Shown here piece by piece: positions 10,840-20,277 of a stretch of 64,000 nt of DNA. Numbering within the stretch: position 1 is the stretch's first letter; every line of letters starts with the position of its first letter. Under the pieces are notes generated by a model. It ran no database searches, was not told the origin of the DNA, and saw nothing but the letters and a program-made list of their open reading frames with translations. Both the position numbers and the translations under genes were made by a program. This stretch comes from Flavobacteriales bacterium (lineage in GTDB: Bacteria > Bacteroidota > Bacteroidia > UBA10329). The stretch covers positions 113,557 through 177,556 of the forward strand of contig JAIOYP010000002.1 of assembly GCA_021741155.1 (NCBI GenBank). The letters run 5' to 3'.

Positions 10840-11679
10840 ATGAAGCTCATCACAACCGCCAAAGAAATGTCTGAATATTCCTTTTCAACAAGGAGTAGTA
10901 GTGAGTTTGTTGGATTTGTCCCAACCATGGGAGCACTCCATTTAGGTCATATTTCGTTGATTAAAACTGCAAAAGCGAAGTGCGAAAATGTGGTAGTGTC
11001 AGTCTTTGTTAACCCAACGCAATTCAACGACTCAAACGACCTACAGAACTACCCACGCACGTTCGAATCAGACCGAAAGCTATTGGAAAACGAAGGGGTT
11101 GACGTCATGTTCTTTCCAAGTGCTAACGAAATATATCCTTCCCCAGAAGTTAAGCACTATGAGATGGACGGACTTGACGACCCGATGGAAGGGCCAAACA
11201 GACCTGGGCATTTCAATGGGGTTGTGCAAGTTGTAACTCGCCTTTTTGAATTAGTTAAGCCAAATGTGGCCTTCTTTGGCGAAAAGGATTTTCAGCAACT
11301 AGCCGTTATTCGTCACATGACCCAAAAGTTGGGCTACGATATAGAAATAGTAGGTTGTCCTACAGAACGTGAGGCAAGTGGGCTGGCAATGAGCTCAAGA
11401 AACATTCGACTCTCCAATGACGGACGAAAGCTCGCGAGCTCCATCAATCTGATTTTATTAGAAATAAAGAATCAACTGGCACTGAACGAACCTGCATCGG
11501 TAGTCTTAGAACAAGCGATTGCCGACATCGATCAATTGAACGGAATTACGCTTGAATATCTAGAGCTGGTGAATCCACAAACGCTTCAACCTGTTACAGA
11601 TGATTCTGCGGCAATTCAAGCATGCATTGCGCTATACATTGAAGAAGTAAGGCTGATAGATAACATGAGAGTGAAATAA
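10840..11679 (+). CDS. panC: pantoate--beta-alanine ligase
   Basis: …[17 protein letters not shown]… HxGH motif and …FGEKDFQQ…. Start at MKLITTAKE (ATG 10840). Confidence 0.9.
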   Translation: MKLITTAKEMSEYSFSTRSSSEFVGFVPTMGALHLGHISLIKTAKAKCENVVVSVFVNPTQFNDSNDLQNYPRTFESDRKLLENEGVDVMFFPSANEIYPSPEVKHYEMDGLDDPMEGPNRPGHFNGVVQVVTRLFELVKPNVAFFGEKDFQQLAVIRHMTQKLGYDIEIVGCPTEREASGLAMSSRNIRLSNDGRKLASSINLILLEIKNQLALNEPASVVLEQAIADIDQLNGITLEYLELVNPQTLQPVTDDSAAIQACIALYIEEVRLIDNMRVK

Positions 11680-11682
11680 TTA

Positions 11683-11690
11683 CTTTTGCG
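11683..11690 (+). promoter_or_regulatory. -7 box TACTTTTG immediately upstream of panD (internal, leaderless-type promoter)
   Basis: TAnnTTTG match 5 nt before the panD ATG. The 14-mer tacttttgcgcgcc recurs at 14977-14990. Confidence 0.3.
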
Positions 11691-11695
11691 CGCCC

Positions 11696-12046
11696 ATGAA
11701 TATTCAGGTTTTAAAGAGCAAGATTCACCGCGTTACGGTTACGGAAGCCGACCTTAACTATATTGGCAGTATTACCATCGACCAAGACTTGATGGAGGCT
11801 TCCAATATTATTGAAGGAGAAAAGGTGCAGATTGTAAACGTCAATAATGGTGAGCGTTTAGAGACGTATGTTATCACCGGAAAACGTGGTGCGGGCGGCA
11901 TTTGCCTCAACGGCCCTGCAGCCAGAAGAGTAGCGGTTGGAGATATCATTATCATTATCTCTTATTGCACCCTAGATTTTGAAGAAGCTAAGTCCTTCAA
12001 ACCAACTCTAATTTTCCCGGATACAGCTACAAATTCACTCGTTTGA
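11696..12046 (+). CDS. panD: aspartate 1-decarboxylase
   Basis: [29 protein letters not shown]… with the pyruvoyl-forming GS site. Confidence 0.95.
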   Translation: MNIQVLKSKIHRVTVTEADLNYIGSITIDQDLMEASNIIEGEKVQIVNVNNGERLETYVITGKRGAGGICLNGPAARRVAVGDIIIIISYCTLDFEEAKSFKPTLIFPDTATNSLV

Positions 12047-12056
12047 TTCAACGCAA

Positions 12057-13064
12057 GTGAAAGCAAAATTGCTCAATACTCTCAAGGTAGTGATACCACT
12101 CATCATTGGAGTATATGTTATTTGGTATCAGTTCAGTCAATTATCAAATGACCAGCTAACGCAGATTAAAACTTCTTTTGCGAACGCGGACTATTTTTGG
12201 GTGGTGATGAGCGTATCTTTTGGTGTTTTGAGCCATGTAAGTCGAGCTTACCGCTGGAATTTTGCTTTGGAACCTCTTGGCTACAAGAATCGGTTTATAA
12301 ATAACTTTTTTGGGGTAATGATTGGCTATGTGGCGAACATCATTCTTCCCCGATTCGGTGAGGTTTGGAGATGTGTTATGGTTTCTCGATATGAGAAAGC
12401 TCCCTTCGAAAAGCTATTTGGTACCGTGGTTGCAGAACGGGTTGCTGACATGCTTGTTCTAATGTTGATTGTGACCAGCGTACTTATCCTCCAACTGGCT
12501 CAACTCAAAGAAGCAATTAGTGGCCTTTTAAGCGACTTTCTTGAGAAAAACTCTATTGCTGAACTTGTCATTAAGCTTGGATTGGTTGCAATTTTTTTGC
12601 TGGTCACAACCATTATCGGATGGCGAATTCTAATGAAGTCACAGAATAAGATTATCTCAAAAATTCGGGGACTAGTGGTAGGAATACTAGAGGGCATTAC
12701 CTCCATTCTTAAGATGAAAAAGAAATGGGCTTTCTTGGCACATACCTTATTTATTTGGGTCTTATACCTAGGAATGTTTTACGTTCCTTTTCTTGCCCTT
12801 CCAGAAACAAGTACAGCGCCTATTTCGGCAGTCCTAGCTTCATTTGTTATGGCAAGTTTTAGCATTGTATTAGTTCAAGGAGGAATTGGAGTTTACCCAG
12901 TGGCTGTGGCGCAAACGCTTGTTCTTTATGGCATTGGTTACGAGGCTGGATTTGCCATGGGATGGATTATTTGGGTAGCACAAACAGCTATGATTGTCAT
13001 TTTTGGCGTGATTTCTTTGGTGCTTATGCCCATTCTAAATGAAAAACCGATTGCTACCGATTAA
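12057..13064 (+). CDS. flippase-like membrane protein (lysylphosphatidylglycerol-synthase TM-region family)
   Basis: Polytopic membrane protein with a GTG start. The …SRAYRWNFALEPLGY…FGVMIGYVANIILPRFGEVWR… signature is typical of the LPG_synthase_TM/UPF0104 family. Confidence 0.7.
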   Translation: MKAKLLNTLKVVIPLIIGVYVIWYQFSQLSNDQLTQIKTSFANADYFWVVMSVSFGVLSHVSRAYRWNFALEPLGYKNRFINNFFGVMIGYVANIILPRFGEVWRCVMVSRYEKAPFEKLFGTVVAERVADMLVLMLIVTSVLILQLAQLKEAISGLLSDFLEKNSIAELVIKLGLVAIFLLVTTIIGWRILMKSQNKIISKIRGLVVGILEGITSILKMKKKWAFLAHTLFIWVLYLGMFYVPFLALPETSTAPISAVLASFVMASFSIVLVQGGIGVYPVAVAQTLVLYGIGYEAGFAMGWIIWVAQTAMIVIFGVISLVLMPILNEKPIATD

Positions 13065-13103
13065 GTTCGAGTGCCTATATTTACGATTCTAATAAAAATC
13101 GGC

Positions 13104-13541
13104 ATGAACTTTTTGCTTAAAAAAATAGCTCCTCTTTTTTTCCTCGGAATACTCTTGATTTCATCATGCGCTCAAACGAATATCTCAAAACTGGAAGGTA
13201 GTTGGAAGTTGGTTTGGATAAATGATTTAGCTGATACAGACATTTATGTTTGGCAATTTGAAGCCGGAGAACTTACCATTATTCGTTATCAACCATCAAG
13301 CCCGAACACACCTGAAATTGCAGCAAGAGCTCAGTACAAAACTTCGTCAGAATTCCTTGACGCCAAAGTGACGATTTCTGGATTTCTGCAATCTGGTGCA
13401 ACTGGCGATGCAAATGCCATGCTATCCAATGGAGCTTGGACGATTGACAAAATCAATAATGAGTATATGAGACTGTCAACCACTGACCAAGAAGGAAGTG
13501 GTGGCAGTTATGTGATTCGTGAATTTGAGCGAGCACAGTAA
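13104..13541 (+). CDS. hypothetical lipoprotein
   Basis: MNFLLKKIAPLFFLGILLISSC lipobox. No recognisable domain. Start uncertain: the track gives 13071. Confidence 0.45.
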   Translation: MNFLLKKIAPLFFLGILLISSCAQTNISKLEGSWKLVWINDLADTDIYVWQFEAGELTIIRYQPSSPNTPEIAARAQYKTSSEFLDAKVTISGFLQSGATGDANAMLSNGAWTIDKINNEYMRLSTTDQEGSGGSYVIREFERAQ

Positions 13542-13561
13542 TTCCTCATCTTTGGCCATCC

Positions 13562-14932
13562 ATGGCTAAAGTCAAAACAAATTTTTTCTGTCAGAATTGC
13601 GGACATTCTTCTCCAAAATGGGAGGGAAAATGCAACTCGTGTGGTGAGTGGAACACCTATGTTGAAGAGGTCGTTTCAACGAAATCTGCCTCGTCAAATA
13701 CTCCCAAACTGGGAAGCGCTGGAAAGCAATATGAAATTCGGTCTATCAATGAGATAGAGGCCAATCCAGAAGCTCGGTATTTGACACCCGATTCTGAATT
13801 TGACCGAGTGCTCGGAGGAGGCTTAGTTCCAGGAAGTTTGACTTTGATTGGTGGTGAACCAGGCATTGGAAAATCAACTCTTCTACTCCAATTAGCTCTA
13901 AATTGGAAAGGAAAAAAAGTTCTCTATATCTCGGGCGAAGAAAGCGAAGGACAGATAAAAATGCGTGCCGAGCGTATAGGCATTCGCAACTCAGAATGCT
14001 ATATCCTCACAGAAACATCCACGTTCAAACTCTTTAAGCAGATTAAAAAACTGCAACCCGAAGTGATTATTGTAGATTCCATTCAAACGGTTTATTCTGA
14101 ATTAATCGAATCCACACCCGGAAGCGTTTCTCAAATTCGCGAATGTACAGGAGAGTTTTTGCGGTTCGCAAAGGAATCGGATACGCCAGTCATCTTGGTC
14201 GGACACATCACAAAAGATGGCTCCATTGCAGGCCCAAAGATTCTGGAACACATGGTAGATACGGTTCTTCAATTTGAAGGAGACAGGCATCATTTATATA
14301 GAATCGTTCGTGCAGTAAAAAATCGTTTCGGCTCAACACCAGAACTCGGTATTTACGAAATGAAATCTGCTGGTTTGGAGGCTGTTTCTGACCCAAGCAG
14401 GATTCTTGTTCCAGACAGAGACGAACCTTTAAGTGGTGTTGCAATTTCAGCCACGTTGGAAGGTATTCGACCGATGCTTATTGAATCGCAGGCGTTGGTT
14501 AGTTCGGCTGTTTACGGAACGCCTCAGCGTTCGTGCACGGGATTCGATATGCGAAGATTGAATATGCTTTTGGCGGTCCTAGAAAAACGCTGCGGATTCA
14601 ATTTGGGTTCAAAAGACGTTTTCCTCAACATAACTGGCGGATTGAAAGTGGATGATCCTGCTCTTGATCTTGGAATTATCTGCGCCATTCTTTCTTCTAA
14701 TGCTGATTTACCTATTCAACCCGACAACTGTTTTGCCGCTGAAGTTGGCCTGAGCGGAGAAATTCGTCCAGTAAACCGTATTGAGCAACGCATTGAAGAA
14801 GCCGCCAAAATGGGAATGAAACGCATTTTCATTTCCAAGCGAAATGCAGATGAAAATGTGATGAAAACCAAATCAATCGAGGTCGTTTCAGTGGCGAAGG
14901 TGAATGACGTTTTCGCCAAGCTTTTCGGTTAA
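13562..14932 (+). CDS. radA: DNA repair protein RadA
   Basis: N-terminal C4 zinc ribbon (CQNCGHSSPKWEGKCNSCGEW), Walker A GEPGIGKST, KNRFG motif and a Lon-like C-domain. Confidence 0.95.
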   Translation: MAKVKTNFFCQNCGHSSPKWEGKCNSCGEWNTYVEEVVSTKSASSNTPKLGSAGKQYEIRSINEIEANPEARYLTPDSEFDRVLGGGLVPGSLTLIGGEPGIGKSTLLLQLALNWKGKKVLYISGEESEGQIKMRAERIGIRNSECYILTETSTFKLFKQIKKLQPEVIIVDSIQTVYSELIESTPGSVSQIRECTGEFLRFAKESDTPVILVGHITKDGSIAGPKILEHMVDTVLQFEGDRHHLYRIVRAVKNRFGSTPELGIYEMKSAGLEAVSDPSRILVPDRDEPLSGVAISATLEGIRPMLIESQALVSSAVYGTPQRSCTGFDMRRLNMLLAVLEKRCGFNLGSKDVFLNITGGLKVDDPALDLGIICAILSSNADLPIQPDNCFAAEVGLSGEIRPVNRIEQRIEEAAKMGMKRIFISKRNADENVMKTKSIEVVSVAKVNDVFAKLFG

Positions 14933-14976
14933 TCTTCTGTGAACATTTGCGGGTTTGTGTAGTTAGTGGTTAAATC

Positions 14977-14984
14977 TACTTTTG
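14977..14984 (+). promoter_or_regulatory. -7 box TACTTTTG for marC
   Basis: TAnnTTTG match 25 nt upstream of the ATG at 15010. Confidence 0.35.
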
Positions 14985-15009
14985 CGCGCCATTTCAAAAA
15001 ACCATCAAA

Positions 15010-15579
15010 ATGAGTTTGAATTTCAAGGAAATCGTCACCGCCACCATGATTCTTTTTGCTGTGATTGACATCATCGGTAGTGTGCCGATTATTATTCAAT
15101 TACGACAGAAAAATGGCCACATCCGTTCAGGATTGGCAAGCGTTGTGGCACTTGTATTGATGATTGTGTTTCTTTTTTTAGGAGAAAGTATCCTAAGTTT
15201 AATCGGCATCACAGTTAGCGATTTTGCCATCGCAGGTTCGCTCGTCATCTTCTTTATCGCCTTGGAAATGATTCTTGGAATCCAGCTTTATAAGGAAGAT
15301 GATAGCCCATCCACAGCTTCTGTGGTTCCGTTAGCTTTTCCATTGATTGCTGGTGCCGGAACGCTCACAACCTTGCTTTCGCTTCGAGCCGAATATCAAA
15401 CTCAAAACATTCTCATTGCCATCGTAATAAATGTTGCTCTGGTTTATTTGGTTCTCAAAACAACTCGGCATATTGAGCGTTTCTTAGGCAAAGGAGGCAT
15501 CAACGTCTTGAGAAAAGTGTTCGGAATCATCCTTCTCGCAATTGCGGTCAAATTGTTCCGAACAAACCTTGGCGTTTGA
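15010..15579 (+). CDS. marC: MarC-family (UPF0056) inner membrane protein
   Basis: 189 aa, six-TM profile with a typical MarC N-terminus (…ILFAVIDIIGSVPI…). Confidence 0.8.
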   Translation: MSLNFKEIVTATMILFAVIDIIGSVPIIIQLRQKNGHIRSGLASVVALVLMIVFLFLGESILSLIGITVSDFAIAGSLVIFFIALEMILGIQLYKEDDSPSTASVVPLAFPLIAGAGTLTTLLSLRAEYQTQNILIAIVINVALVYLVLKTTRHIERFLGKGGINVLRKVFGIILLAIAVKLFRTNLGV

Positions 15580-15597
15580 AATGTTTAATTTTGTCAC

Positions 15598-16002
15598 GTG
15601 AAATTGCTGAAAGCCATATCATCATCCATTCTCGCCATGTTGGTGCTGCTATCCAGCATGGGGTTCTATGTGGATCACATGGTTTGCGGAATGAGTGGCG
15701 AGCACAAAGTGGCCATCAATCAATCGGTTGACGGTTGTTCGAATCGTTGTGATCGTTCTGAAGAGAATGCAGTGAAACGAACTTGCTGCGACTACGATTC
15801 GTACTACTTCAAGGATGAAGTTCCGGCAACTTCAAATGACACAAAAACCAAGCAAATTGCTTCGGCATTTGCATTTATTCCTCTTCACGAAGTCTTTACT
15901 GAACTTAGTTGTGCCGAAAGTTGCTGCTTTCATTTGGTAGAAGAGCCAGATATTCTACCCTCAGTAGAGCGGCACATCCTAATCCAAACCTTCCTTATCT
16001 GA
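15598..16002 (+). CDS. small Cys/His-rich secreted protein (putative metal-binding; possibly HYC_CC_PP-like)
   Basis: Signal peptide followed by 8 Cys, including two CC pairs (TCCD, SCCF), plus HMVCGM. Immediately upstream of a TonB-dependent receptor and an HMA protein. Confidence 0.5.
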   Translation: MKLLKAISSSILAMLVLLSSMGFYVDHMVCGMSGEHKVAINQSVDGCSNRCDRSEENAVKRTCCDYDSYYFKDEVPATSNDTKTKQIASAFAFIPLHEVFTELSCAESCCFHLVEEPDILPSVERHILIQTFLI

Positions 16003-16064
16003 TACCACAGTTTTGATTGTTCCAATTCTTGGAACACCCACGAGTAATCATCAAAACTGTAATC

Positions 16065-18308
16065 ATGTTGAACATAGAGAAATCCCGATTTTTATCGGGG
16101 AAAAAGTTAATTCTGCTTGCGCTGATGCAAGCACTCATCATATTAAACGTCCGTGGGCAATCGCTGCTCGGATACGTGCACGAAGAGGTAGAAAGCGGCC
16201 ACGAACCACTCATTGGAGCTAGCGTTTTTTGGCTTGGAACAACCATAGGGGCTGCTACCGATATCGAAGGAAAATTCAGCATTGCCGAACCTGAAAAATA
16301 TCCTGCCAAATTGGTAGCGAGTTTCGTTGGATATTCGTCCGATACCATCACGGTTAAAAACAATAAAAAAGAGATTGAAATCCGCCTCAAACAGTCGGTG
16401 CAATTAGGCGAAGTAGTCGTTTCTGAACGCCAAGCTGGTAGCAGTTTTAAATTGCTCGATCCTGTTATTGCTGAGAATATCAGCAGCCACGAATTGGGAA
16501 AAGCCGCCTGCTGCAATCTGAGCGAAAGTTTTGAAACCAACGCCTCGGTGGATGTGGTAATGACCGATGCCGTTTCGGGCGCCAAGAAGATTCAAATGTT
16601 GGGGTTGGATGGCGTTTACACCCAAATTCAAGCAGAGAATGTGCCGTTGATTCGTGGGCTTTCATCCAACTACGGAATGGGTTTTATCCCTGGAACCTGG
16701 ATTGAAAGTATTCAAATTATTAAAGGACCTGGGTCGGTTTCTAACGGCTATGAAAGCATGGTGGGGCAGATTAATTTAGAATACTTCAAACCTGATCAAG
16801 CAGAAAAATTGTTCGTGAATGTTTACGGAAGTATGGGAGGAAGAGTAGAGGCAAACATTCAATCTGGCCATGTGTTCAACGAGAAAGTGGGCATGAATAT
16901 TAATGTGCACGCAAGCTCTGTCTTTAGGGAGAATGACATGAACAAGGATGGATTTTTAGACATGCCACGTTCGCAGCAATACAACCTCATGAACCGTTGG
17001 ATGATTACCCACAAGCGCTTGGAATTTCAGTTAGTGCTTCACGGATTGTATGATGATAAGATTGGCGGACAACTGGGGTTCAAGCCGTCTCAAGGGATTC
17101 ACTCAGATTCGCCATACGGCATTCGCATCACCAATCGATTAGCAAATGTTCATACCAAAACGGGTTATATCGTTCCGAATGTGTCAGATTTCAGCATTGC
17201 GTTGATAACCAATTGGCGCTATCATGATCAGCATTCCTATTTTGGATTCAAAAGCTATGATGGTGTGCAGAAAACAGTCAATACGAATCTGATTTTCCTG
17301 AAGCGATTCAATCAAGATAAACACACGCTGAAAGCTGGACTGAACTTCAACATGGATGATTATCAGGAAGCTTTTAACGACAGCGCTTTTGGTCGGCAGG
17401 AGTTGGTGCCAGGAGCCTACGCAGAGTACACCTATGTTATCAAACAGAAGTTTTCTGTAGTTGGCGGTTTCAGAGCCGATTACAATTCAAAATACGGCTG
17501 GTTTTACACACCGCGTTTACACATGAAGTATAATCCTACTGATAAAACAGTACTTCGTTTAACTGGTGGCCGAGGCTATAGATCTTCAAACGTATTTGCA
17601 GAAAACAGTTCGCTTATGGCAAGCTCTCGAAAAGTGAATGTGTTGGAAGCCTTGAATCCCGAAGTGTCGTGGAATTATGGTGTGAGCGCTTCCCATCAGT
17701 TCAGTGTTCTCGGAAAACCAGCTTCGGTTTATACAAGTTTCTACCGAACCGATTTTGAGAATCAGGTCGTCCTTGACCTAGATGCTGGTACGCAGAAAAT
17801 CAATGTTTACAATCTGAAAGGAGCCTCCTATTCCAATAGTTTGCAAAGCGAAATTACCTATGAACCTGTGAAGCGGTTTGAAGTGAAAGTTGCTTACAAA
17901 TGGAATGATGTTTGGATGCACACCGGAACAACGATGCGCAGGAAAGCCTTGTTGATGCAGCATAAATTTTTGACCACGTTGAGTTATGCCACCAATTTCA
18001 ACAAATGGCAATTTGATTTGAGTATGAATGTGAACGGCCCATCGCGAATTCCATCAACCTCTTCAAATCCTGAAGAGTATCAATTGCCAGCAGCTTCGCC
18101 TTGGCATGCAATGCTGAACTTGCAGGTGACTAAGCGATTCAAGTGGTTCGACTTGTATGTGGGCGCTGAAAACCTCACCAACTTCAGACAAAAAAACGCC
18201 ATTATTGCAGCCAACGATCCATACGGCCCGTTCTTTGATGCTTCATTAATTTGGGGTTCTCAAATGGGAATTAACCCGTATTTAGGATTACGCTATCGCT
18301 TGAAATAG
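16065..18308 (+). CDS. TonB-dependent receptor with N-terminal carboxypeptidase-regulatory-like domain
   Basis: Signal peptide, CarbopepD_reg-like segment, plug domain (…DGVYTQIQAENVPLIRG…) and a C-terminal beta-barrel ending …LGLRYRLK. Start at MLNIEKS (ATG 16065). Confidence 0.9.
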   Translation: MLNIEKSRFLSGKKLILLALMQALIILNVRGQSLLGYVHEEVESGHEPLIGASVFWLGTTIGAATDIEGKFSIAEPEKYPAKLVASFVGYSSDTITVKNNKKEIEIRLKQSVQLGEVVVSERQAGSSFKLLDPVIAENISSHELGKAACCNLSESFETNASVDVVMTDAVSGAKKIQMLGLDGVYTQIQAENVPLIRGLSSNYGMGFIPGTWIESIQIIKGPGSVSNGYESMVGQINLEYFKPDQAEKLFVNVYGSMGGRVEANIQSGHVFNEKVGMNINVHASSVFRENDMNKDGFLDMPRSQQYNLMNRWMITHKRLEFQLVLHGLYDDKIGGQLGFKPSQGIHSDSPYGIRITNRLANVHTKTGYIVPNVSDFSIALITNWRYHDQHSYFGFKSYDGVQKTVNTNLIFLKRFNQDKHTLKAGLNFNMDDYQEAFNDSAFGRQELVPGAYAEYTYVIKQKFSVVGGFRADYNSKYGWFYTPRLHMKYNPTDKTVLRLTGGRGYRSSNVFAENSSLMASSRKVNVLEALNPEVSWNYGVSASHQFSVLGKPASVYTSFYRTDFENQVVLDLDAGTQKINVYNLKGASYSNSLQSEITYEPVKRFEVKVAYKWNDVWMHTGTTMRRKALLMQHKFLTTLSYATNFNKWQFDLSMNVNGPSRIPSTSSNPEEYQLPAASPWHAMLNLQVTKRFKWFDLYVGAENLTNFRQKNAIIAANDPYGPFFDASLIWGSQMGINPYLGLRYRLK

Positions 18309-18381
18309 AATGAAAAAGGAGAAAAAGAAAAACGTTTTTCGGTTCGCACATTGAACCTAAATTTTTAAACATTGAACTAAC

Positions 18382-18714
18382 ATGAGAACTACACTATTAA
18401 TATTATTCGCTTCGTTTTCGCTAAACGCAGCTTTTGCACAAAAAACCATCGAAACAGTAGAGATTAAAACGTCTGCGGTTTGCGATATGTGCAAGGAAAC
18501 CATCGAAAAACAAATGGCTTTTACAAAAGGAGTAACAGCGGCAACACTGAACGTAAAGACGTCTGTTTTAACCGTGAGTTACAAGACGAACAGAACCACT
18601 TTGGAAGACATCAGAACAGCCATCAACGAAGTTGGGTATGATGCAGATGATAGTCCAGCCACGAAAGAAGCTTACGATAATCTTCATGGCTGTTGCAAGA
18701 AAGATTCGCATTAG
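18382..18714 (+). CDS. heavy-metal-associated (HMA) domain periplasmic protein
   Basis: Signal peptide plus AVCDMCK (GMxCxxC-type CxxC) ferredoxin-like HMA fold, and a C-terminal HGCCKKDSH. Confidence 0.8.
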   Translation: MRTTLLILFASFSLNAAFAQKTIETVEIKTSAVCDMCKETIEKQMAFTKGVTAATLNVKTSVLTVSYKTNRTTLEDIRTAINEVGYDADDSPATKEAYDNLHGCCKKDSH

Positions 18715-18735
18715 CGAGCTTATTACTTTAGCGAC

Positions 18736-19305
18736 ATGAAACGAATCGCCATTTTTGCTTCGGGCGCAGGCACAAATGCCGCAAGAATAATTGAACACTT
18801 CACGGGACACTCCAGTATTGAGGTGTCCCTTGTTGTTTCAAATAAGAAGGATGCGCCTGTGCTCGAAAAAGCTCAGAAAGCGAATGTTCCAGTTTTTGTT
18901 TTTAATAGAGATGAATTCTACGATTCCAATCGGGTGGTTGAGAAACTCACGGGATTAAAGATTGATTTTGTGGTGCTAGCGGGCTTCATGTGGCTGGTGC
19001 CAGAAAACTTGATTAAAACGTATTCAGAGCGCATCATCAACGTTCATCCAGCACTTTTACCAAAGTTTGGTGGCAAAGGAATGTATGGCATGAACGTGCA
19101 CAAAGCTGTGAAGGAAGCGGGCGAAACAGAATCGGGTATAACCATTCATTTGGTGAACGAAGAATACGACAAGGGTCGCATACTTTTTCAGGCGAACTGT
19201 GCAGTTGAAGAAAAAGATTCGCCAGAGACAATAGCTACTAAGATTCATGCGTTAGAACACACTAACTTTCCGAGCGAAATCGAACGATTTATTCTAACCC
19301 CATGA
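18736..19305 (+). CDS. purN: phosphoribosylglycinamide formyltransferase
   Basis: MKRIAIFASGAGTNA…INVHPALLPKFGG…, a typical PurN. Confidence 0.9.
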   Translation: MKRIAIFASGAGTNAARIIEHFTGHSSIEVSLVVSNKKDAPVLEKAQKANVPVFVFNRDEFYDSNRVVEKLTGLKIDFVVLAGFMWLVPENLIKTYSERIINVHPALLPKFGGKGMYGMNVHKAVKEAGETESGITIHLVNEEYDKGRILFQANCAVEEKDSPETIATKIHALEHTNFPSEIERFILTP

Positions 19306-19928
19306 AAACACTGCTTTGTCTCCTTTTGCTATCAACAATCCCTTTCCACGATGGAAACTGGGAATTAAAAAAAGACAAAGAAGGCATAAAGGTTTACACG
19401 AAACATGTTGAAGGATCGGGGCTGAAGGCCATCAAAGCAACGACAGTTTTTAATGCCAGTTTGGAGACTTGCGTGGCTGTTTTGCGAGACATTGACCATC
19501 TCACTGAACTCTTTCCTGACACTAAAGTGGTGAAGAAAATTTCGCAGACAGCAAATGACCAAGTTCATTATTTGGAGATGGATGCTCCTTGGCCAGTGAC
19601 CGATCGCGATGGAGCATTTCTTCTTGTTTACAAATACGATGCAACAACCCAAACAGTGCTTGTTGATGCCAAGATGAAGCCAGATGCCTGTCCCGTTAAA
19701 GATGGAATTATCCGCCTAAGCAAGGGTGGCGGAACATGGAAATTCAAACGAATTGACGCAACACACACTAGCCTTGAGTATTATTTTCATGGAGATCCAG
19801 GAGGCAACATACCTACATTTTTGGCTAATTCGGTAGTGGAAGAAAATCCGCTAAAAATGCTAACTAATTATCACGCGCTAGTAAAATTGGAGCGTTACCA
19901 AGGTAAGAAATTCAGCTTTATCAAATAA
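19302..19928 (+). CDS. START/lipid-binding (Bet v1-like) domain secreted protein
   Basis: Signal peptide followed by a START-domain-like pattern (…WELKKDKEGIKVY…GSG…KATTVF…YLEMDAPWPVTDRD…). Confidence 0.7.
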   Translation: MKTLLCLLLLSTIPFHDGNWELKKDKEGIKVYTKHVEGSGLKAIKATTVFNASLETCVAVLRDIDHLTELFPDTKVVKKISQTANDQVHYLEMDAPWPVTDRDGAFLLVYKYDATTQTVLVDAKMKPDACPVKDGIIRLSKGGGTWKFKRIDATHTSLEYYFHGDPGGNIPTFLANSVVEENPLKMLTNYHALVKLERYQGKKFSFIK

Positions 19929-19957
19929 GCCCTGAACGAATCTGGATTCGTTCAATT

Positions 19958-20045
19958 CCCCGCCAAAATATTGAACAGCTCGTTCAGTTTTGGCGTGATG
20001 ATAATCACTGTTCTGTGTTTTTTGCCTTGATTCCATTTGTTCCAG
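19958..20045 (-). pseudogene. decayed 3' end of an OmpA-family gene (paralog of 21072-22124)
   Basis: Minus-strand frame reads …KKHRTVIIITPKLNELFNILAGN*, versus the intact OmpA C-terminus …AKNRRTEIIITPKLNELFKILEGN*. About 80% nucleotide identity over ~85 nt to 21075-21160; a frameshift upstream; no upstream ORF. Confidence 0.55.
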
Positions 20046-20175
20046 AAGAGTCGAAAGCCCCGTTTTTTCTATCTCCTGATAGGGAAGTAACTTGACAGAC
20101 ACAACCAGAATTGGAAAAACTGTGATAAAATGATTCAAGCCAGAAGCATCTAGAAAACCCAGCAGAAGATGGTTT

Positions 20176-20190
20176 GTTCTAGTCTAGAAC
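20176..20190. promoter_or_regulatory. perfect palindrome GTTCTAGtCTAGAAC upstream of the methyltransferase gene
   Basis: 7-bp inverted arms, with an additional CTAGAAAACC/GGTTTGTTCTAG imperfect palindrome at 20151-20182. Operator-like. Confidence 0.3.
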
Positions 20191-20277
20191 CAACATCTTT
20201 AAACGCCTTTGAAATTCCTGTAGAGTATTCGAGCGTTTGCCTATTTTGCCGCCTCCTTTCTATCAATACTGACAAAT

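Noticed and set aside
16143-16631. Several 60-90-aa minus-strand ORFs inside the TonB-dependent receptor gene
   Set aside because: Antisense to a clearly homologous 750-aa receptor; no independent support.
19878-20138. 86-aa minus-strand ORF
   Set aside because: It is the wrong-frame reading of the decayed OmpA 3' remnant. The OmpA-like peptide is in a different frame and is interrupted, so it was called a pseudogene fragment instead.
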